DNA from: Deltaproteobacteria bacterium
GTDB lineage: Bacteria > Desulfobacterota_D > UBA1144 > Nemesobacterales > CSP1-2
Length of the DNA: 64,000 nt
Direction of reading: 5' to 3'
Assembly: GCA_052390235.1 (NCBI GenBank)
Contig: JBQTHB010000005.1
Location: 32,001 to 96,000, forward strand
Position 1 is the stretch's first letter. Each line of letters opens with the position of its first letter. Below are positions 59,244 to 64,000 of the stretch, in pieces. The notes under the pieces are model-generated. The model did not search any database and was not told the origin of the DNA. It was given only the letters and a program-made list of their open reading frames with translations. A program made the translations under genes and the position numbers.

Positions 59244-62200
59244 CTAAGCCGACGGGTCCTGCCCCTTTGCGAGCGGGCGACTACCGAGAGCGTCATCTAA
59301 AATCATATACAGGCACGGCACGAGGATAAGGGAAATTAAAGTGGCGAATAAAATCCCGTAGCCAAGCGAAATCGCCATCGGAATCATGAATCGCGCCTGA
59401 CGGGAGGTCTCAAAAATCATCGGAGCAAGCCCGCCGAACGTGGTCAGGGTCGTGAGTATTATGGGACGGAAGCGCCGAACCCCCGCGGATTGGATTGCAA
59501 CTTCGGGGCTGTCCCCTTCTGCTCGGCGGTTATTGGCTTGGTCAATCAGCACAAGCGCGCCGTTAACTACCACTCCCGCAAGAGCGACAATTCCCATCAT
59601 ACTTATGACGCTTAGGTCGTAGCCCATGAGAATATGCCCAAGCACCGCCCCGACGATTCCAAACGGAATGCTTATCATAATTATTACGGGCTGGGTGTAG
59701 CTCTTAAACGGAACGGCTAGGACGAAATAAATCGCCACAAGCGTCAAGAGGAATCCCTTGAAAAGGCTGTCGAGGCTCTCCGCCATGTCGGCTTGTCTGC
59801 CCTCGTAGGCGTAGGTAAGTCCCGGAAAGTCGCGGGCAAGCTGAGGGAGAATAGTAGCGTCGAGGGCAGAGATGACTCTGCCGGTTTCTCCAATGGGGGT
59901 AACATCGGCGCTTACGGCTGTGGTGCGGCGCGAATCGCGCCTTTTGATGGAGGTATAGGAGCGTCCCCGGTCAAAATCGGCGACCTGAACGAGCGATGAG
60001 TCCCCGCCGCCGGGGGTGCGCACGAGTAGGTTTTCTATATTGTATTCGCTTACGCGCTCATCTTCGGGGAGGCGCACGATGACTTTCACCTCGTTTCGAG
60101 CGCGCTGCTGCCTCAGGGCTTCCGAGCCGTGGAAAGAGTGGCGTATCTGTCTGGCGACGGCTTCGGAGGTAAGTCCAAGGCTTCTGCCCTCGGCGTTGAG
60201 GGCGAAATCAAACTGCGCCTTGCCGGGAACATAGCCGTCGTCAACGTCTCTGGTATTGGGAAATTCGGCGAGTTTCTCGGCAAGGGCGACACCTGCTTTA
60301 TCCAGCACGGAAACGTCCCTGTGGCTAAGTTCAATGGTCAGCGCCGCCCCTGAGCCCGGGCCGCCTCTGTCGGATTCAAATTTGAGCGTCCTCGTCCCCG
60401 GAATCTGCCCTACCAGCTCCCGCCAAATCCGCGAGACCTCGGCGGTTGAAATTGGTCTTACAGTTGGGTCGGTGAGATATATGCTGACTTCAATGAGGTT
60501 TTCATCTATCGTGGCGAATATCCCCTCTACAAGGGCGCCGCCCCCGTGCTTTTCCTTTATTTCATCGGCGGCTTCAACCATCAGGTCTCTTATCTCAGCC
60601 GCCTTAGACAGCGGCGCGCCAAAGGGGATAGTGGCCGAGGCGACGGCTCTATCGGATTCAACGCGCGGCATAAGTATCATGCCGATTCTGCCGCTCGCCA
60701 CATATCCTGTTACGATTATCAGGAGCGCGAATCCCGCCGAAGCCGTAACGTAGCGCCGTTTTATACAGAGCCGCAGAAAGGGCGCGTAAACGTTGTCGGT
60801 AAAGCGGTTAAATTGGCGGCTGAACGCCCCCTGCCACCCGCTGATTGCCGAAAGAAGGCGAAATCTGGATTTTTTTGACTCCTGCGCAAGGTGCGAGGGC
60901 AGTATTAAAAGAGACTCAATCCACGAGATTAAAAACACCGTAACTACGACAAGCGGAATAACCTGCCAAGTTTTCCCAAACGTTCCCGGCACAAAGTAGA
61001 GGGGCAGAAAAGCGAGTATGTTCGTAATAATGCTGAAGGCGACAGGCACGGAGACGTCCCTTGCGCCCTTCATTGCGGCGGCGAAAGCGCTCATCCCGCT
61101 TTCTCGATACTGATAGATGTTCTCGCCGGCAACTATGGCGTCGTCAACCACAATCCCCAGAGCGACGATGAAGGCAAACATCGAAATCATATTAATTGAC
61201 ACATCCATGAGCGGCAAAAATAGAATCGCCCCCAGAAACGACGTGGGAATCCCCATTGTTACCCAAAAGGCGAGCCTGAATTCGAGAAACGCTCCGAGTA
61301 TCAGAAGCACGAGTAATAGCCCCATGAATGCGTTCTTGAGCAGGAGTTCGAGCCTCTGCTGATATATTTTCGAGGAGTCGTTGCTTATTACATAATCAAT
61401 CCCGCCGGGCAGGTCAGCTTTGATGCGCGCCATTGCCTCGCGGACGGCTTCGGAGATGCCGATAGGGGTCTCATCGCCCACCCGATAGACTTCTATTCCT
61501 ATGGCGGGCTTGCCGTTATATTCGGCGTAATTGTCGGAATCTTGGAATCCCTCGCCCACTTGGGCAATACTGCCGAGGGTAACGACCGAGCCTTCGGGAG
61601 TCGCAATTATGGGAATTTCAGCGAATTCACTCGCCCAATTGCGTCTCTCGTTGAAGCGCACGAGTATCTGTCCGCCGTCAGTTTTGAGTCCGCCGCCGGG
61701 AACTTCAACCGAAGTGGCGCTGATTTTTTGCGCTATATCGTCCAGGGTTAAGCCATAGGAGCGGAGACTCCCCTGCGATACCTCGACGTGAACCTCGTAG
61801 TTTCTCGCCCCCACAAGCTCGACCTGCGTAATTCTTGGGTCTTGAAGAAGGCGGTCTTGCACCTCTTCGGCGAGGTTTCTAAGCGCCCAGTCGGAAGCCT
61901 CGCCGTAGAGCTGGATTGTCAACACATTGCGGCGGCGCACCTGAAGGGCAACCCTAGGCTCTTCGGCGTCTTCGGGCAGTGTGGTGATGCGGTCAATTTC
62001 CTGCTTTATGTCCTGATAGATTTTCTGCTGATCCACTCCCGTAATGAGTTCTATATTTACCGAGCCTACCCCTTCGGAAGAGGTGGATGTTATCTCTTTT
62101 ACCCCCTCGACCCCGCGCACTGCCTCCTCGACGGCAAGCACAATTCCCTGCTCGACCTCCGCGGGGCTTGCTCCGGGGTAAGGCACGCTCACGGTTACCA

Positions 62201-62336
62201 TATCAAGCTCGAACTCAGGGAATACCTCTTGCTTGATTCTGGTAGCCATGAAAAGCCCGCCGATGATGAGAAACATCATTATGAGATTCGGCGTAACGCG
62301 GTTTTTGACCATCCATGAAATGGGCCCGCCACTCAC
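59244..62336 (-). CDS. RND efflux transporter permease (AcrB/AcrD/AcrF family)
   Basis: 1030 aa; YPGASP.EVE, GIVVDDAIV.GEN, GVVVN, RFRPIILTTLTT. Confidence 0.95.
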   Translation of the reverse strand: MSGGPISWMVKNRVTPNLIMMFLIIGGLFMATRIKQEVFPEFELDMVTVSVPYPGASPAEVEQGIVLAVEEAVRGVEGVKEITSTSSEGVGSVNIELITGVDQQKIYQDIKQEIDRITTLPEDAEEPRVALQVRRRNVLTIQLYGEASDWALRNLAEEVQDRLLQDPRITQVELVGARNYEVHVEVSQGSLRSYGLTLDDIAQKISATSVEVPGGGLKTDGGQILVRFNERRNWASEFAEIPIIATPEGSVVTLGSIAQVGEGFQDSDNYAEYNGKPAIGIEVYRVGDETPIGISEAVREAMARIKADLPGGIDYVISNDSSKIYQQRLELLLKNAFMGLLLVLLILGAFLEFRLAFWVTMGIPTSFLGAILFLPLMDVSINMISMFAFIVALGIVVDDAIVAGENIYQYRESGMSAFAAAMKGARDVSVPVAFSIITNILAFLPLYFVPGTFGKTWQVIPLVVVTVFLISWIESLLILPSHLAQESKKSRFRLLSAISGWQGAFSRQFNRFTDNVYAPFLRLCIKRRYVTASAGFALLIIVTGYVASGRIGMILMPRVESDRAVASATIPFGAPLSKAAEIRDLMVEAADEIKEKHGGGALVEGIFATIDENLIEVSIYLTDPTVRPISTAEVSRIWRELVGQIPGTRTLKFESDRGGPGSGAALTIELSHRDVSVLDKAGVALAEKLAEFPNTRDVDDGYVPGKAQFDFALNAEGRSLGLTSEAVARQIRHSFHGSEALRQQRARNEVKVIVRLPEDERVSEYNIENLLVRTPGGGDSSLVQVADFDRGRSYTSIKRRDSRRTTAVSADVTPIGETGRVISALDATILPQLARDFPGLTYAYEGRQADMAESLDSLFKGFLLTLVAIYFVLAVPFKSYTQPVIIMISIPFGIVGAVLGHILMGYDLSVISMMGIVALAGVVVNGALVLIDQANNRRAEGDSPEVAIQSAGVRRFRPIILTTLTTFGGLAPMIFETSRQARFMIPMAISLGYGILFATLISLILVPCLYMILDDALGSRPLAKGQDPSA

Positions 62337-63583
62337 TTCGTCTTCACCTCCGCAGCGGGGATTTCAGTCGAGCGGCTGACCGGCTCGGATGGGGAATTCC
62401 CCCTCGTGCGCAGTTTCATTCCCTCGACCGGGGTGGAAAGGAGCGTCGTAACCAAACGCTCCCCGTCAGATAGCCCCTCGTTTATGTATAGCTTGTCCCT
62501 ACCCCTGAACAGAACTCCGACCTGCCGTATTTCAAGCTCGTCCCCTGCATTCATAATCCAGACCTGACCGCCGTTATGGACAAATCTCCTGTCAACAGAG
62601 AAAACCGACTTCAATTCCTGCCCCTCGATTTCGAGTCGCACATAGCTTCCTATAATCAACCGCGGCTTCCCCCTATTGCCGGAAGATAGCGACAGAGGGT
62701 CCGCAATCTCGACAATAACGCGCGCCATGCGGCTCTCACGTTCCAAATCGCCGAGGAGTCTCACAATTTCGCCCTCCCGAAACACTCCCTTTCCCCAAGC
62801 CGAGTCGCTGAATATTTTCACCCTTGAGCCGGCTTCGGCGGTAGAATTAGGGATTTGAATCCACCTGAGCGCGTCCACAGGCACAGGGGCTTCAACCCAA
62901 TATCTGTCCGTGCCAACTATCGTCGCAAGCGGGGTTGAAGCGGCAACCTGCGCGCCGAGGTTCACGCCCCGTCCTGTGATAATTAAATCGAATGGGGCTT
63001 TAACCGCCGTCCTCTCAATGTTGATTTTTGCAAGCGCGAGCGCGGCTTTCGCCGAGTTGAGGACGGAGCGAGTTTTCTCCAGTTGGGGCTTGCGAAGGAC
63101 AAAATCCCTGTCCCCCTCCGAGACGACCTCGCCCAGAAGCTCGTACTCCTTGAGGGCTACGGCTTGCTGTCCCATTTCGAGTTTTAGGTCGCTTTGCGCC
63201 TGAGCCACCTCGCTCTCCCTCTGGCGCGCGGCAAGCTCATAGTCCGAGCGTTCAATCCTAAGTAAAACCTCTCCTCGCCTGAAGCGTCCTCCGGGTATGA
63301 ATTCCCGGCTAACCTCTACGATTTTCCCAGCGACTTGAGGGTGAAGAGCCACCTCCTCGGCGGGTTTGACCTCTCCCATCGCCTCTTGGAATGTATTTTC
63401 ATCCCTCGCATAGACGCGCGCGACCTCGACGAGCCTCGCCTGCTTTTCGGGGGATTTTCTCTCTATTTTGGGAGAAGTTTTTATGAGCGCCGCCGCTAGA
63501 GAGAATCCGACGACAATCACCGCCGCCGGAATGATTACTTTCAGCGCCGACCTCCGGCGAGCGTTTTTTGCGTTATTGCTCAT
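62333..63583 (-). CDS. RND efflux membrane fusion protein
   Basis: N-terminal TM, lipoyl halves (PQVAGKI..G..F..GEVL, VKAPF), alpha-hairpin, EGLSDGE. Confidence 0.92.
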   Translation of the reverse strand: MSNNAKNARRRSALKVIIPAAVIVVGFSLAAALIKTSPKIERKSPEKQARLVEVARVYARDENTFQEAMGEVKPAEEVALHPQVAGKIVEVSREFIPGGRFRRGEVLLRIERSDYELAARQRESEVAQAQSDLKLEMGQQAVALKEYELLGEVVSEGDRDFVLRKPQLEKTRSVLNSAKAALALAKINIERTAVKAPFDLIITGRGVNLGAQVAASTPLATIVGTDRYWVEAPVPVDALRWIQIPNSTAEAGSRVKIFSDSAWGKGVFREGEIVRLLGDLERESRMARVIVEIADPLSLSSGNRGKPRLIIGSYVRLEIEGQELKSVFSVDRRFVHNGGQVWIMNAGDELEIRQVGVLFRGRDKLYINEGLSDGERLVTTLLSTPVEGMKLRTRGNSPSEPVSRSTEIPAAEVKTK

Positions 63584-64000
63584 TGGATTTTTCTATCTCC
63601 TCTCTTTGTATAAGAATTGCCCCCTCGGATTCGCCAGCGGGCACGCCCCCCAGCCCCTTTGGCGGCGGCGCGTCCATTTCCCATCCACCGGCAAGGGCGC
63701 GGTAGAGGTTTATGCGAAACCCCAGCAAGCCGCCTCTCGCGTCGAGATAATCGCGCTCAAGGCTCTGGTGCGTAACAGTGGCTTCGAGAACCCGCAAATA
63801 ATCAGCCGCGCCTTTAATGTAGCTGCCTCGCGTTCGCTCCATCACCTGAGCCGAGAGTTTCAACTGACGCTCGAGACTCAATATGAGCTCGCGCTGACGC
63901 CGCTCCTGGGCTAGAGCGGTTTCAACCTCTCCAAGGGCGGCGACAATTGCCTGTCCATAGAGGTTGAGGCTCTCGGAAACCGCCGCGCGGCTACGCTCCA
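63573..64000 (-). CDS. Outer-membrane efflux factor (TolC/OprM/NodT family), C-terminal part; continues past window end
   Basis: Frame is open to the window edge (..AALGEVETAL..); Y.KG..DYL.VLEA and LYRALAGGW signature. Confidence 0.9.
   Translation of the reverse strand, partial: ERSRAAVSESLNLYGQAIVAALGEVETALAQERRQRELILSLERQLKLSAQVMERTRGSYIKGAADYLRVLEATVTHQSLERDYLDARGGLLGFRINLYRALAGGWEMDAPPPKGLGGVPAGESEGAILIQREEIEKSNEQ

Overview
Bacterial chromosomal window, densely coding. I recognised no rRNA, tRNA, CRISPR, integrase or transposase. Gene content suggests a Gram-negative, Deltaproteobacteria/Dadabacteria-like organism (inference only). Layout: (1) 0-5 kb, mixed housekeeping: dprA, comEA-like, rhodanese + SufU, HAD hydrolase. 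(2) 5.2-25.1 kb, the most interesting part: an uncharacterised redox locus in two convergent blocks. It encodes a double GlcG/HbpS lipoprotein, a probable outer-membrane beta-barrel, a 10-CXXCH cytochrome with LVIVD repeats, a c554-like cytochrome, two tandem DUF4331-like surface proteins with a TPR lipoprotein, an FHA-decaheme cytochrome, a His-rich membrane protein, and a FAD/NAD(P)H oxidoreductase-2xcNMP-4x[4Fe-4S] fusion. Together these look like a signal-regulated electron conduit across the cell envelope. (3) 25.2-40.4 kb, an 11-gene pentose phosphate/gluconeogenesis operon ending in a GH63-like glucosidase. (4) 40.7-50.9 kb, core genes: def, rpmB, glyQS, rny, ygfA, zapAB, prfA, ccsA. 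(5) 51-57 kb, a PHA cluster: phasin, two short PhaE-like paralogues, class III phaC, phaB, phaR, dodecin and a crotonase, with a shared candidate operator. (6) 57-64 kb, a Tat-exported vanadium haloperoxidase preceded by a small uORF and a heptamer tandem repeat, then an RND efflux operon running off the window edge. All calls are from motif recognition by eye; no searches were run.
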